Positions 12,535 to 24,322 are shown, counted from the whole stretch's first letter. The stretch: DNA of 63,369 nucleotides, filler included, from Octopus bimaculoides (GCF_001194135.2; 4 parts of 4 records of this genome joined end to end with filler, not necessarily neighbours in it), one strand, 5' to 3'. The notes: generated by a model from the letters alone, not told the origin. Numbers and translations are program-made.

Positions 12535-12880
12535 TTGTTATATATTTTAATCATTGGACTGTAGCTAGGGCAACGTCTTGAAGGGTTCAGTTGAGCTAAT
12601 TGTAACTCTTATTTTTAAGCCTGATACTTATTCCCTCAGGTTCTATTGCCGAACCGCAAAATTATGGGAACATAAACAAACCAGCACTGGTTATCAAGCA
12701 GAGCTGAGAGGGAAACACACACACACATGTATATGACTGTTAAGTTTCGGTTTCCGCCTACCAAATTCACTCACAAAACTTTGGTTGGCCCGGGGTTACA
12801 GTAGAAGAGAATGCAATGTGACTGAACCAGGAAGCATGTGGTTGCAAAGCAAACTTCTTACCACACAACCACGCCGGCAC
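12535..12880 (-). mobile_element. SINE family A, near full length
   Basis: Reverse-complement similarity to 16680-17075, including the internal (CA)n. Confidence 0.75.
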
Positions 12881-13719
12881 CAATATATTGAAATTTATTC
12901 TCCAAAGTCAAAGCACCATCTGATACTATCTGGTAGAATGGATAGATATGTTTATTATATTAAAAATTGACAGTCTACCCCGAGTTCCGTCTTGATCGTG
13001 AACAGTCAAGTCTGGGGCAAAACTCAGAGTGGCTCATACACACACACGCACAAATATAATATTTATTTGTCTAGCAAATGATTTGATTTGAGACCGTGGA
13101 TCGAAACTAAGGTAATTACAGCGTGAAAGACACATTTTTAGCCATAAAAAAAAGCTTTACTTAACGTATTGACTTGGTGTCAATGTTTGCTTAGCACCGT
13201 CTACGACCTGGTGCGAACGAAGATTTTGACACCAAGTAATAAATAATTAAATGAAGTTAGCAATTTGTTTTTTGAATGGCTAAAATAAGCCTCCGACGAT
13301 GCAATTGCTCCTATATATATATATAACCAGCTGCTACAGATGGGAATGATAGAGATATTTGAATTAAGCCGAGAAATAGGGAGACAGCAAGACATGTTGC
13401 ACAATTAACAGAATATATGGTTTTAATAAAGGTTAGCAATAAATTTTGTTAAAGACTTATCAATGACAAGGTTAATGAATAAAAAATAATTTAATAGCCG
13501 GCTTCTGAATAAATTTAGAAGCCGGGTATCACTGTTTGAGTCTAAATATGATACTTTGTCTATAGTATTTGCCTAACATCATTTAATTGAGGACAGGTAA
13601 GGTGAAACGATTAGTTTTTGTTTTATTTTCTCTGTGAAAAGAAATTAGTGACAGCAAGAAGGGGATCCGAGAACAAACTTGTAAAGGTGCGATTGCAGAA
13701 TATATCTATTTGAGTTTCT

Positions 13720-13960
13720 GAGGTGATTTAGATTCAATAAAAATAGATTTCAGCTGAAATGAGTGTTGAAGGTGAAAGAAATGCAAAATATGCAGAGATT
13801 AAAAAGGGGAATTAGATAGAGAATATATGAAAACATTTGATGTCTACTGAAAATTAAGAATGTTATGAATTTGATCATTAATGAAGATAAGAAATATTTG
13901 GGAAGTTTGGGGGTTATTTTGATTGAAAAAGAAACTAGCGAAAGGGGTTTTCGTTATTCA
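13720..13960 (-). mobile_element. Very old LINE RT relic
   Basis: IFLIFIND (13873-13900) followed by frameshifted FSVDIKCF, resembling LFLIYINDL...FADDTK. Confidence 0.3.
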
Positions 13961-14940
13961 TTAATCGCTTAATTTTACTACTATAGAGGAAACTTATGTG
14001 CTTTCTAAACCTGTCCTGCTATTTGTAATCAAAGGTGAATTATATGAATGAAGTGAGGAAAAAACCTAACAAAGTGTAAAATGAAACGATAATAGAAATG
14101 AAATGCTGCTAAATATAGATAAATATGAAAATACACCTGTGTAGGTGACGGAGGGTGGCGTTATTTTCTAATTAATCACAACAAAGTGACAGGTGAGGTG
14201 AGAAAATGAGCAAGTTTTAAACTGACATTTATAAAAGTACTGGAGGTTAAAAATATACCAGAGTATATCGAAACAATTGGTGAGTTTTATCTGTTCGGAG
14301 CCAACAACCGTAAATAATCAGCCAAAAATGCAGAAGAATCAGATATTCAACGTGCGCCCCTAGATGAATCGTTAATAAAAGCCTTCGCGATATACTCACC
14401 AAAATATTATTACCAATATTATAATAGAGTCTTATGAAATTTGTCTCTTAGATGCCGGGAGCATTGAAAAGAAAATTTCTGCTGTGTTCAAACTCTTGTT
14501 GACTCCATGTGAATTAAATTTATCGATCCAATTTGGCAACAGACCAAGTAATGATAATATAAAAAGTGTAACAAAAATGTATTTAACACTGAATACAGCA
14601 GATATCTTTTTTTTAAATAATTAAGAGATGATTGTTTAAGATGTCCTAATTGGAAAAAATATTTTTCATGAATAATTCCGAACAGAGAAACAAATAATAA
14701 AGTACATATATAATGACCTCACTTAGTGTTATCGGTTTAATTCGGACTGTAAAAGTCATCTGAAATACACAAAGGTCAACTCAACCTTAATATTAAAAAA
14801 AAAATTAGTATTTTGTTCTGAGCTTTATGAAGTAATCCCCGATTTTATAACACAGCATGTTACCATTCAACCAAATAATGATAGATCTCATTTATAATTG
14901 TTGCACACACACAAGTATATATAATTAAAACTTATTAAAC

Positions 14941-15012
14941 CTGAATTAGAAATCCACCGCCTTTTTCATCTTCTTCGACGATTAAACGTCTGGTACTGCT
15001 AGAGGCACCCAT
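14941..15012 (-). CDS. CHCHD3: MICOS subunit MIC19/MIC25-like (CHCHD3/CHCHD6 family), coding exon 1: MGASSSTRRLIVEEDEKGGGFLIQ
   Basis: ATG at 15012, 24 codons, then CAG|GTTTAA donor (phase 0). The N-terminus resembles human CHCHD3 MGGTTSTRRVTFEADENE (MG-x-x-x-S myristoylation motif, STRR). Splices in frame to the exon at 7926-7875. Confidence 0.8.
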
Positions 15013-15291
15013 TCTTGCGTTGCTGTTTGTCCGGACTCGTTTGGCTGACCTTGATGTTGGGAGGAGACAAAACGCGGTTAACTTTTCACATTACACCGTC
15101 TACACGGTGTAAGCTGACACACTTAATATACGGGTATTATTATGTAGAAAAGGCTTTATTCTAAAATGTTGGTACTTTTAACTGAAATGTACTCTCTCTA
15201 TGCCAAATGTAAATGCCAGAGAGTAAAGTAAATTCGTAGCGACCTATGTCAGCGACTCGGTTTCGATTCTAAGTCGAAACTGTTTCTGCTC

Positions 15292-15327
15292 ATTGGCACT
15301 GACGTCATATGACCATTTCCTCGATTG
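15292..15327 (-). promoter_or_regulatory. Putative proximal promoter elements of the MIC19-like gene (CRE and two CCAAT boxes)
   Basis: TGACGTCA at 15300-15307 flanked by ATTGG (CCAAT on the gene strand) at 15292-15296 and ~15323-15327, about 290 bp upstream of the ATG. Confidence 0.35.
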
Positions 15328-15478
15328 GTTCTGAGTTTAAATGCCGCCGAGGTCGACTTTGCCTTTCATCCTTTTTGAGATCGATAAACTAAGTTGTGCA
15401 CTTGGATCGATGTAATCGAGAAGCCCCCTCAAAGAAAATTTCAATCCTTGTACATATAGTAGAAAGGATTATTATTAT
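15325..15478 (+). mobile_element. SINE family B, 5'-truncated
   Basis: ttctgagtttaaat.ccgccgaggtcgactttgcctttcatcc...agtagaaaggattattatt. Confidence 0.8.
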
Positions 15479-16412
15479 TGTTGATGTTTATGCTTATTCT
15501 AAGAACCACTTTCGATTTCTCCACTTCGTGTAGCGACTAATTTTACATAAAAACTATCAGCGCAACTGGCTTGCTGAATGATTGATGTACAATTCAAGAA
15601 AGAATACTCTTAAGAAAGCCGAACACTTCAAAGCTGGGTTCTTAGCTATGTGCTAAACTATTACAATTACAGTTGATATATTTAATGCAATCCTTTTTTT
15701 TTTAAGCTAACAACAAATGCGACGAGGAATATCAATATTAGTCAATGGCTAATATTACAATTAACACTAATTGAACTATAACTATTGTTTTTCATGCGCA
15801 TGGCGTCTAGTAGTTATTTATTAACGAAACCATTCCTATTTTTCAACATCAACCTGTGTAAAATCTTTTGCATTTCGTGACTCCTTGATAAGTTTGATTA
15901 AATGTATTCTCCGTTATTAAAGTGACAAGGTCGACATATATCTGGAGTTGTCTTCCGTACTTATTTATTTCTTGTTGTTTTATATGTCGCAATTAGTGAA
16001 CAATAGCGTCTGTGGTTACATGTTTCAAACAGGTTAATTTAATACATCAAACAACCACATAGTGGCCTCCGATGTCAACTCCTTTGGCTCACATCAAGCA
16101 GAATTATGACGAAGTGTATTCCAGGCATGACAATCACATTTCAGACAATGTATCCTTCCATTTTGAAGACACTAGTAGGGTGGTTTGATTTCTATTTTTA
16201 GCGGATTAAGCAACCACATAGTAGTTCCTTTCTTGGCTTGCGAATTATGTTTTGGACTGGTTACTTGTAAGCTTAAGTTATATCGGAGTTAGCTTAGTCC
16301 AGTGTGATTTAACCATTTTTGTCCCACACACTACTTTCATTTTCCGCAAAAGGCATGCGCCCCAAGTAAAATAGTTAGCATATAGCTACACACACTCACA
16401 TACATACATACC

Positions 16413-16449
<37 letters not shown>

Positions 16450-16459
16450 NNNNNNNNNN

Positions 16460-16494
<35 letters not shown>

Positions 16495-16679
16495 GCGAAT
16501 ATCGAACAGTGAGAATGGGAGCCCAAGACCACATTGGTGAATAAATGTCCTTTATCTGTGGGTTAACAAGGCTACTGTTGGTTTCATGCTGAGAATTCTC
16601 AGCAATTATCGAGTCTATCATATGGATAAGAATACAACGAGGCTATGTGGGATTTTGGAATAAACAAATATACAGATCA

Positions 16680-16850
16680 GGCGTAGGAGTGGCTGTGTTG
16701 TAAGTAGCTTGCTTACCAACCACATGGTTCCGGGTTCAGTCCCACTGCGTGGCACCTTGGGCAAGTATCTTCTACTATAGCCTCGGGCCGACCAAAGCCT
16801 TGTCAGTGGATTTGGTAGACGGAAACTGAAAGAAGCCCGTCGTATATATG

Positions 16851-16881
<31 letters not shown>

Positions 16882-17075
16882 CTGTCTGTCTGTCCCCCAG
16901 CATCACTTGACAACCGATGCTGGTGTGTTTACGTCCCCGTAACTTAGCGGTTCGGCAAAAGAGACCGATAGAATAAGTACTAGATTTACAAAGAATAAGT
17001 CCTGGGGTCGATTTGCTCGACTAAATGGCGGTGCTCCAGCGTGGACAGTCAAAATGACTGAAAAGAGTAAAAGAG
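16680..17075 (+). mobile_element. tRNA-derived SINE family A, full-length young copy with internal microsatellite
   Basis: A-box-like tggctgtgttgt and B-box ggttcagtccc, then ggcaccttgggcaagt (CORE-like), internal (TA)(TG) tract and a conserved 3' half. More than 10 related copies in the window. Confidence 0.9.
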
Positions 17076-17559
17076 ATCAGGGGAAACAACTCTAATTTTT
17101 ATTTCCCTTGCATAAATTCTTGCCGCATTAAATTTACAAACATAAATATGAAAATATGTCTATGCACAGATACATCCATGCACATTTGCACCTGCACAAT
17201 GCATTTTGTTCATTTTGAGTGCACATGATTTTTCATATTTACACATAATTACGGAGTTTCGTATATTCTGACATCAAACTTGATCGACAGGAGAGTAAAC
17301 TCAGTGTTGTGGATTCCAAAAGTTGTGTATTTTATATGCTGTCATGAATGTGTGCGATGCACATATATCTGTGTAGTGAGGGAGTTCAGCTTACGTTTAT
17401 GGTAGCATATGCCTTTTATGCATAATGTTCATACAATGCATATAATTGATGTTCATAGAAAAATTCAGCCAGGTTAGAGGAGAGGCAAAGTAATGCTCGA
17501 AATTTCAAAGTGCGAATTGTTCACCCAAAACATACAGATTTTAATATTGATTACAATGA

Positions 17560-18020
17560 AGGCAATGAGCTGGCAAAATCGTTAGTAAGCTGGGGAAATG
17601 CATTGTAGCATTTTGTTCATCTCCACATTCTGAGTTCAAATTCCTCCAAGGTCGACTTTGACTTTCATCCTCATCGGGTTGATAAAATAAGCACCAGGTG
17701 AGCACTGGGGTCAGTGTAATCAACTTAACCCCTTCCTGGAAAGTGCTGGCCTTGTGCCTAAATTTGAAATCAGTTTTATTATTATTGTTGTTATGTCTGA
17801 GTTCAAATTCCGCCAAGGTTGACTTTGCCTTTCATCCTTTTGGGGTCAATAAATTAAGTACCAGTTGCATACTAGCTTGATTTAATCGACTGGCCCCTCC
17901 TCCCCAAAAATATCAAGCCTTGTACCTATAATAGAAAGGATTATTATTATTGTTAAGGTAGTGAGCTGGTAGAATTGTTAACACGCCAAGCAAAATGCTT
18001 AGTGGTATTTCGTCTGTCTT
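17560..18020 (+). mobile_element. Tandem cluster of three SINE family B copies/fragments
   Basis: Repeated gagctggca.aat.gtta and ctgagttcaaattcc.ccaaggt.gactttg blocks separated by (ATT)n. Confidence 0.8.
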
Positions 18021-18200
18021 AACTGGTACATCACACGTATTAAGAAGAGCATTGTCACTGTGAATTTTCTTTCCCCCCCTTTACTTTCTTCCCATTCTTT
18101 TTCTATCACATGACTTTGTAAATGAACTATCTGGTGTGTTCATCTTAATGGCCTACCAATGTTTACAATGAGTTACTTTGCCCTATGTTTTAGGTAGACA

Positions 18201-18314
18201 CTCGGCAAGAAATGGGAACAAAATTGAAAGAAAATGAAGTTAATCATCATCATCATCAATGATGATGCTCATTAACTTTATCTACTTTCAATTCGGTTCC
18301 CATTCCTTGCCAAG
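18201..18314. repeat. Imperfect ~114-bp palindrome around a (CAT)n/(GAT)n centre
   Basis: ggcaagaaatgggaac..aattgaaag...gttaat versus attaac...ctttcaattcggttcccattccttgcc. Confidence 0.75.
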
Positions 18315-18324
18315 TAAACCTTTC

Positions 18325-18710
18325 TGCTAAAGGCACAAGGTCTGAAATTTGACAGGAGGGGACCAGTTGATTACATCGACCCCAAAAGGATGAAAGGCAA
18401 AGTGAACTTCAGCAGAATTTGAACTCAGAACATAACGGGTGAAATACTACTAAGCATTTCAACCAGTGTGCAAACGATTTTGCCAGCTCACCACCCTTAT
18501 ACTAATATTGATAATAATCCTTTCTATTATAGGCACAAGGCCTGAAATTTATGAGGAGGGGACTAGACAATTACATGAACCCTAGTGTTTCACTGGTACT
18601 TAATTTACCAACCCTGAAAGGAAGAAAGGCAAAGTCAACCTCAGCAGAATTGAACTCAGAACGCAGCGATGGGTGAAATACCGGTAACGATTCATCAATC
18701 TCGCCACCTT
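18325..18710 (-). mobile_element. Two SINE family B copies
   Basis: ggcacaagg.ctgaaattt...aaggatgaaaggcaaagt...gaatttgaactcagaac occurs twice. Confidence 0.8.
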
Positions 18711-19440
18711 GATAATAATAACAAGGAAAAGGGAAGTTGGCAATTAATTGATCCATCATGTCCGTTTGATTCCAGGATCAGAAAGATGGAAAACACAAAA
18801 GAAAAAATACAGTCCCTTAAAATTGTAAGGAGAGTATTGTAGTTCGCTTGAAACATTGTATATTGTTTGTAAAGAATAAAAAGTTTTGAATGGTACAACA
18901 ATGCACTATATACCTGTTGTAATTTAGTTATCCATAGTCTGATGCTATTTTGGAATACAAGTCCTTCTTCAGATATTCTTAGATGGAGTCGCTGTTATAA
19001 TCTAAGAATATTTGAAGGAATTGTATTCCGAAATATCATAGGACTATGGATAACTAAATTACAACAGGTATATAGTCCATTTTTTGTATTATAGTGCATT
19101 GTTGTACCATTCAAAACTTTTTATTCTTTGAAATTGTAAGAATTTGGAATTTGAAAATTGTAAAGGTTGTGCCTGTAATAATAATGGGTGCATTGGGAAC
19201 CGTAAGCAAAGATATAGACAAATGGTTGAAGGAGATTGGAATGGAATGTATGGTAGAGCTCTTACAGAAAGTTTGTCTCTTAGGGACAGGAAAGATTAAC
19301 AGGAGAGTCTTAAGCACTTGAAAGACTACTGAAAGATTGTAGATACCTAAAGGTTACAGGTAGTAACCCCTGCTACCCATGTAAATTCTACCAGAATTGA
19401 CAAAAAACCTGAGTCAAATTGACAATAATAATGGTTTCAA
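18705..19440 (+). mobile_element. R4/Dong LINE 3' end (RLE domain + 3' UTR), interrupted by a palindromic insertion
   Basis: ...SWQLIDPSCPFDSRI... [insertion] EIVRIWNLKIVKVVPVIIMGALGTV...LQKVCLLGTGKINRRVLST*, then a 3' UTR ending in aataataat. Confidence 0.75.
18830..19130. mobile_element. Palindromic insertion with hammerhead-like cores (family H3)
   Basis: Perfect inverted repeats 18871-18910/19090-19129 and 18905-18939/19042-19076, with inner arms around a 15-nt loop. Flanked by direct AAATTGTAAG at 18820-18829 and 19131-19140. Confidence 0.8.
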
Positions 19441-19829
19441 TTTTGCCACAATGGCAGCAATTTTGGGGGTAGGGGATAGGTCGATTACATTGACCCCAGT
19501 TTTCAACTGGTACTTTTTTTATCAACCCCAAAAAGATGAAAGGTAAATTCGACCTTGGCAAAATAATAATAATAATACAGTACACATGAAGAGGATGAGA
19601 GAAAGGGAGATGAGGTGGTTGGGTATTTTTTTTTTTTACTTGCTTCAGTCATTCAATTGTGGTCGTGCTGGGGCAGTAACTTGAAGGGTTTAGTTGAACA
19701 AATTAAAATCAGTACTTTTTTTTAAGCCTAGAGCTTATTTTTTGATCTCTTTTTACCAAACCAGTAAGTTATAGGGATGTAAATAAACCAACTCTGGTAG
19801 CCAAGTGGTGGATAACAACAAACATGCAC

Positions 19830-19830
<1 letters not shown>
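19420..19830 (-). mobile_element. SINE B fragment (19420-19560) and SINE A 3' half (19620-19830)
   Basis: Reverse-strand similarity to the family consensus blocks seen elsewhere in the window. Confidence 0.7.
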
Positions 19831-19896
<66 letters not shown>

Positions 19897-21354
19897 NNNN
19901 NNNNNNNNNNNNNNNNNNNNNNNNNNNNNNNNNNNNNNNNNNNNNNNNNNNNNNNNNNNNNNNNNNNNNNNNNNNNNNNNNNNNNNNNNNNNNNNNNNNN
20001 NNNNNNNNNNNNNNNNNNNNNNNNNNNNNNNNNNNNNNNNNNNNNNNNNNNNNNNNNNNNNNNNNNNNNNNNNNNNNNNNNNNNNNNNNNNNNNNNNNNN
20101 NNNNNNNNNNNNNNNNNNNNNNNNNNNNNNNNNNNNNNNNNNNNNNNNNNNNNNNNNNNNNNNNNNNNNNNNNNNNNNNNNNNNNNNNNNNNNNNNNNNN
20201 NNNNNNNNNNNNNNNNNNNNNNNNNNNNNNNNNNNNNNNNNNNNNNNNNNNNNNNNNNNNNNNNNNNNNNNNNNNNNNNNNNNNNNNNNNNNNNNNNNNN
20301 NNNNNNNNNNNNNNNNNNNNNNNNNNNNNNNNNNNNNNNNNNNNNNNNNNNNNNNNNNNNNNNNNNNNNNNNNNNNNNNNNNNNNNNNNNNNNNNNNNNN
20401 NNNNNNNNNNNNNNNNNNNNNNNNNNNNNNNNNNNNNNNNNNNNNNNNNNNNNNNNTTTATTTCTTAAGAAAATAAGGAGTTCATCTGGTTTCTATAAAG
20501 AAAAGATGGGGTTAGTTTATAAATGTTAGAACGTTATTTGGACAACAAGTCTAATTTCTTGGATTGCAAATCAAGTGAAAAACAAAAAAAAAATAAAAAA
20601 TTATAATCAGCAGCAGAAAATTTAGATGTGTTCTTACATAGAGTTGAAATTGAATAATGGATGAAATTAAATAAAAAATATATTTAATGATAAAACTGAT
20701 TTCTTCATTCAAATATTTGGGAAAAAATGAATCCAAAACAAATTCATTTATTTAAAAAAAAAAACTGACTGTTAACTCCAAAAATGAGCAGATCTTATGA
20801 AATGAATCTTTGTGGAATCCATTTTTTGGTCTAAAAATCAGAATAGACTGATGGTACACTTAGAGAAACTAGGAAATGTTTTGATTGGTAGAATCTGATA
20901 GAAAAATAAAAAGAGATTCTTGAAAATAGGCGCAGTTTTAATCCACTCCAGAATACTAATTAATTTAAAGATACAGCACTTGGTACAGTTCTATTATATA
21001 TGACATAAACCACCAAAGAGAATTTTGAAATCAAAAATCCAAATAATTAGAACATGTAGGTTGCCACCAACAGCATGTAGTCATCATAATGCATAGATGC
21101 AGTTTCAGGTGAAGATTGGCAGCGTTGTTTGAAAGAATTTGTTAGCAGGTGTAACAGAAGACAAGAGTGGATAAAGCTTGCGATATCCAGAGCACCTTGA
21201 CGTTCAGCAAACTTCATCATAATGATGCTGATAGTTCTTGGAGATATGCTAAAACCAATTTGTTGGTAAGCTGAAATATAAAAGGAAGAGTAAGTAAAAT
21301 ATCACCAACAGAAATTTTTAATTAATTTCATTTCACTCAATGAATATCATTTTC

Positions 21355-21545
21355 AAGTTTTGGCACAATGCCAGCAATTTCATGGGAGGGGGTCAGTTGA
21401 TTATATCAACCCCAATGTTCAAACTTATTTCATAAACCTTGAAAGGACAAAAGACAAAAATCAATCCCAGTGGCATTTGAACTCAGAATGTAAAGTTGGC
21501 AGAACTACTGTTACGTATTTTCTCTGACATGATAATGACTCTGCC
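21355..21545 (-). mobile_element. SINE family B, diverged
   Basis: ttttggcacaatgccagcaattt...ggcatttgaactcagaatgtaaag. Confidence 0.7.
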
Positions 21546-21679
21546 TGGGTATAAGTGGCATCAGACATAGTGTGGCAGAGATACAATACACAAAATATTT
21601 TAATAATTGTTTTTATACAATTAAAATTACTAATAATATTTAATTATAAAAACAGAATTTTTCAAGTATCAAATTGCTA

Positions 21680-21726
21680 TGGGGGGTCCAGTAGAGTAGA
21701 ATAGGAAAAATGTTTGAGAACCACTG
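21680..21726 (+). mobile_element. hAT/Charlie-like terminus
   Basis: ggggtcc...aaaatgtttgagaaccactg is the reverse complement of a CAGTGGTTCTC TIR. The partner end was not found. Confidence 0.4.
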
Positions 21727-22084
21727 AGTTAGACAAATATTTTACTGAGGCATTCTTTGATGCACTTCCTTGTCATGTTCCTCTGCCTTGAGTAACATTA
21801 TAATTAACAAAACGAAAATATTACCAGCATTATTATTCATGCTCAGGTGTATAATGTAGTTTCAGTTCTCAGAGAATGGGATCTACAACTTAGTCTTGCT
21901 TTCCATCAGAACCAATTCATCTTACATCATTAATTCCCTTGGGAGGAGCATGAGCATTACAGCTTCTCGTGTGCTCCCATTCCACTAAATACATCAAGTT
22001 CTACGTCAATGTGAGAAACCATGATATTTCATGAGGATTTATAGAGGAAAGAATGTTATAAACGAATATGGAGTAAAACTAAAG

Positions 22085-22310
22085 CCATTAATCGAAACAA
22101 CTAGCAGAATTGTTAGCACACCAGACAAAATGGTTCGAGACATTTCTTATTTCTTCCAGCTTCACATTCTAAGTTCAAATTTTGCAGAGGTCGACTTTGC
22201 CTTTTATCCCTTCAGGGTCGATAAAATAAGTACCAGTTGAGCACTGGGTTCAATGTAATCGAATTTCACTCCACAAAATTTCAGGCCTTGTGACTCTAGT
22301 AGAGAGAATT
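22085..22310 (+). mobile_element. SINE family B
   Basis: ctagcagaattgttagcac...aagttcaaattttgcagaggtcgactttgcc...tcaggccttgtg. Confidence 0.8.
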
Positions 22311-22564
22311 AAGCAAATGCTTACAGTTGTCTCCCTTATATTAACTTTCGTCACATTTGTTGGCCACCAAACAAAAGACTTTGCGGTCAAAAAAAACAAT
22401 TAAACGATCACACTGAACAATTAAATGAAGTAATGTAATTATGAAGTTACTTGAGTTTTTACCCAGCGAAGATGTGTAGCCTAGTGGCCAGGGTAATTTC
22501 CGTTGTTGAAACGCTATGAATCTAAAAAGAAAAAAAAACGTGGGGATGGCTAGTCAACACGTTT

Positions 22565-22730
22565 ATCTTATGTTTTACTTGTTTCAGTCACTAGGTTATG
22601 GCCATGATGGGGCATCACCTCGAAAAATTTTAGTTGAATGAATTTATGCCAGAACTTAATTTTTTTAGCTTGGTACTTATTCTATCAGTCTCTTTGCCAA
22701 ACCAATAGATTATGGACACAAATACACAGA
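22565..22730 (-). mobile_element. SINE family A, 3' part
   Basis: ttttacttgtttcagtca...ggtacttattctatcagtctctttgcc. Confidence 0.7.
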
Positions 22731-22744
22731 TATATACATATATA

Positions 22745-22974
22745 ATCATCATCATCATCGTTTAACGTCCGCTTTCCATGCTAGCATGGGTTGGACAATT
22801 TGACTGAAACCGGATGGCAACACCAGGCTCCAGTCTGATTTGGCAGAGTTTCTACAGCTGGATGCCCTTCCTAACGCCAACCACTCAGAGAGTGTAGTGG
22901 GTGCTTTTACGTGTCACCCGCACGAAAACGGCCACGCTTGAAATGGTGTCTTTTATATGCCACCCGCACAAGCC
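22745..22974 (-). mobile_element. Retroposon 3' end with (GAT)n tail and internal minisatellite-like units (probably RTE 3' UTR)
   Basis: (CAT)n followed by cgtttaacgtccgctttccatgctagcatggg...ggatgcccttcctaacgccaacc. Repeated ggtg.ctttta..tg.caccc units; similar units near 60870-60960. Confidence 0.5.
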
Positions 22975-23140
22975 NNNNNNNNNNNNNNNNNNNNNNNNNN
23001 NNNNNNNNNNNNNNNNNNTTAATTAATTAANNNNNNNNNNNNNNNNNNNNNNNNNNNNNNNNNNNNNNNNNNNNAGAAAAAATAAGAAAGGGGTATAGAG
23101 CCCTTTCTCCTTTTACATTACCTTTTTTCCTACAATAATG

Positions 23141-23186
<46 letters not shown>

Positions 23187-23814
23187 TAATTAATTCGTTT
23201 TATTGGCCACAAGGGCTAATATCAATCAAAAACATGTAAGGACAAAGACAGGACGAAGGTTACAAAAGGTTTTGTCCGAAAAAGTAGAAAAACGTTCGTA
23301 ATAATAATAATGATAATAATAATAAAAATGACTGAAGTAAAAAAAAAAGAAGCGAGATTAATTTAATGCGAGCAAAGTAAACGAGACGGGAAAAGGAATC
23401 GTGTATTAATGAAGCAAAGAACGAGAGTGACGTTAAAGGGCAGTACACTATCAACTTCTTAAAAGAAAGAAGTTTTGGATTAGAGGTAAATTGAAATCGG
23501 AATGATAATATACATGTTAAACTAGTTATATGCAAGAATTTGCGAGTTATTTATTGAGCCACTTAAGGATTTACTAACCAAGGAAAGAATGACAACTGAA
23601 ATTATGACGCTAAGCTGTGTGAGAGAGAATTTGGTTGGTAGTAGTGGGAGGTGTGTTTAAAGAGCTGGATGATTTTATAGCTGGGGATAGGGCAGTGAAA
23701 CATAAAATAGGGTTTATATTGAAATGGAAAATAGTTTAAATGGAGTTATTGGTTATTAAATTCAGCACATACTTTTTGTTGAGAAAAATTTGGGGATTAG
23801 AATTTTTAAGAACA

Positions 23815-23908
23815 TTAGCACTGGCAGATGTGATTGTGTGGTAAGAAGTTTGCTTCCCAACCACATGATTCCGTGTTCAGTCCCGCTGCAGGAGACCTTC
23901 GGCAAGTG
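23815..23908 (+). mobile_element. SINE family A, 5' end running into a gap
   Basis: gattgtgtggtaagaagtttgcttcccaaccacatg...gttcagtccc. Confidence 0.75.
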
Positions 23909-24322
23909 NNNNNNNNNNNNNNNNNNNNNNNNNNNNNNNNNNNNNNNNNNNNNNNNNNNNNNNNNNNNNNNNNNNNNNNNNNNNNNNNNNNNNNNNNNNN
24001 NNNNNNNNNNNNNNNNNNNNNNNNNNNNNNNNNNNNNNNNNNNNNNNNNNNNNNNNNNNNNNNNNNNNNNNNNNNNNNNNNNNNNNNNNNNNNNNNNNNN
24101 NNNNNNNNNNNNNNNNNNNNNNNNNNNNNNNNNNNNNNNNNNNNNNNNNNNNNNNNNNNNNNNNNNNNNNNNNNNNNNNNNNNNNNNNNNNNNNNNNNNN
24201 NNNNNNNNNNNNNNNNNNNNNNNNNNNNNNNNNNNNNNNNNNNNNNNNNNNNNNNNNNNNNNNNNNNNNNNNNNNNNNNNNNNNNNNNNNNNNNNNNNNN
24301 NNNNNNNNNNNNNNNNNNNNNN

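Noticed and set aside
14452-14547. 96-nt plus-strand exon-like segment inside MIC19 intron 1
   Set aside because: The peptide is unrecognised, it is antisense to the host gene, and no partner exons were found.
16680-16760. tRNA-like sequences at SINE heads
   Set aside because: A/B boxes are present but there is no complete cloverleaf, and they are followed by SINE bodies; not tRNA genes.
21108-21266. Exon-like segment with a TTG|gtaagc donor
   Set aside because: Frames from the better acceptor hit stops, the only frame reaching the donor needs a weak acceptor, and no protein was recognised.
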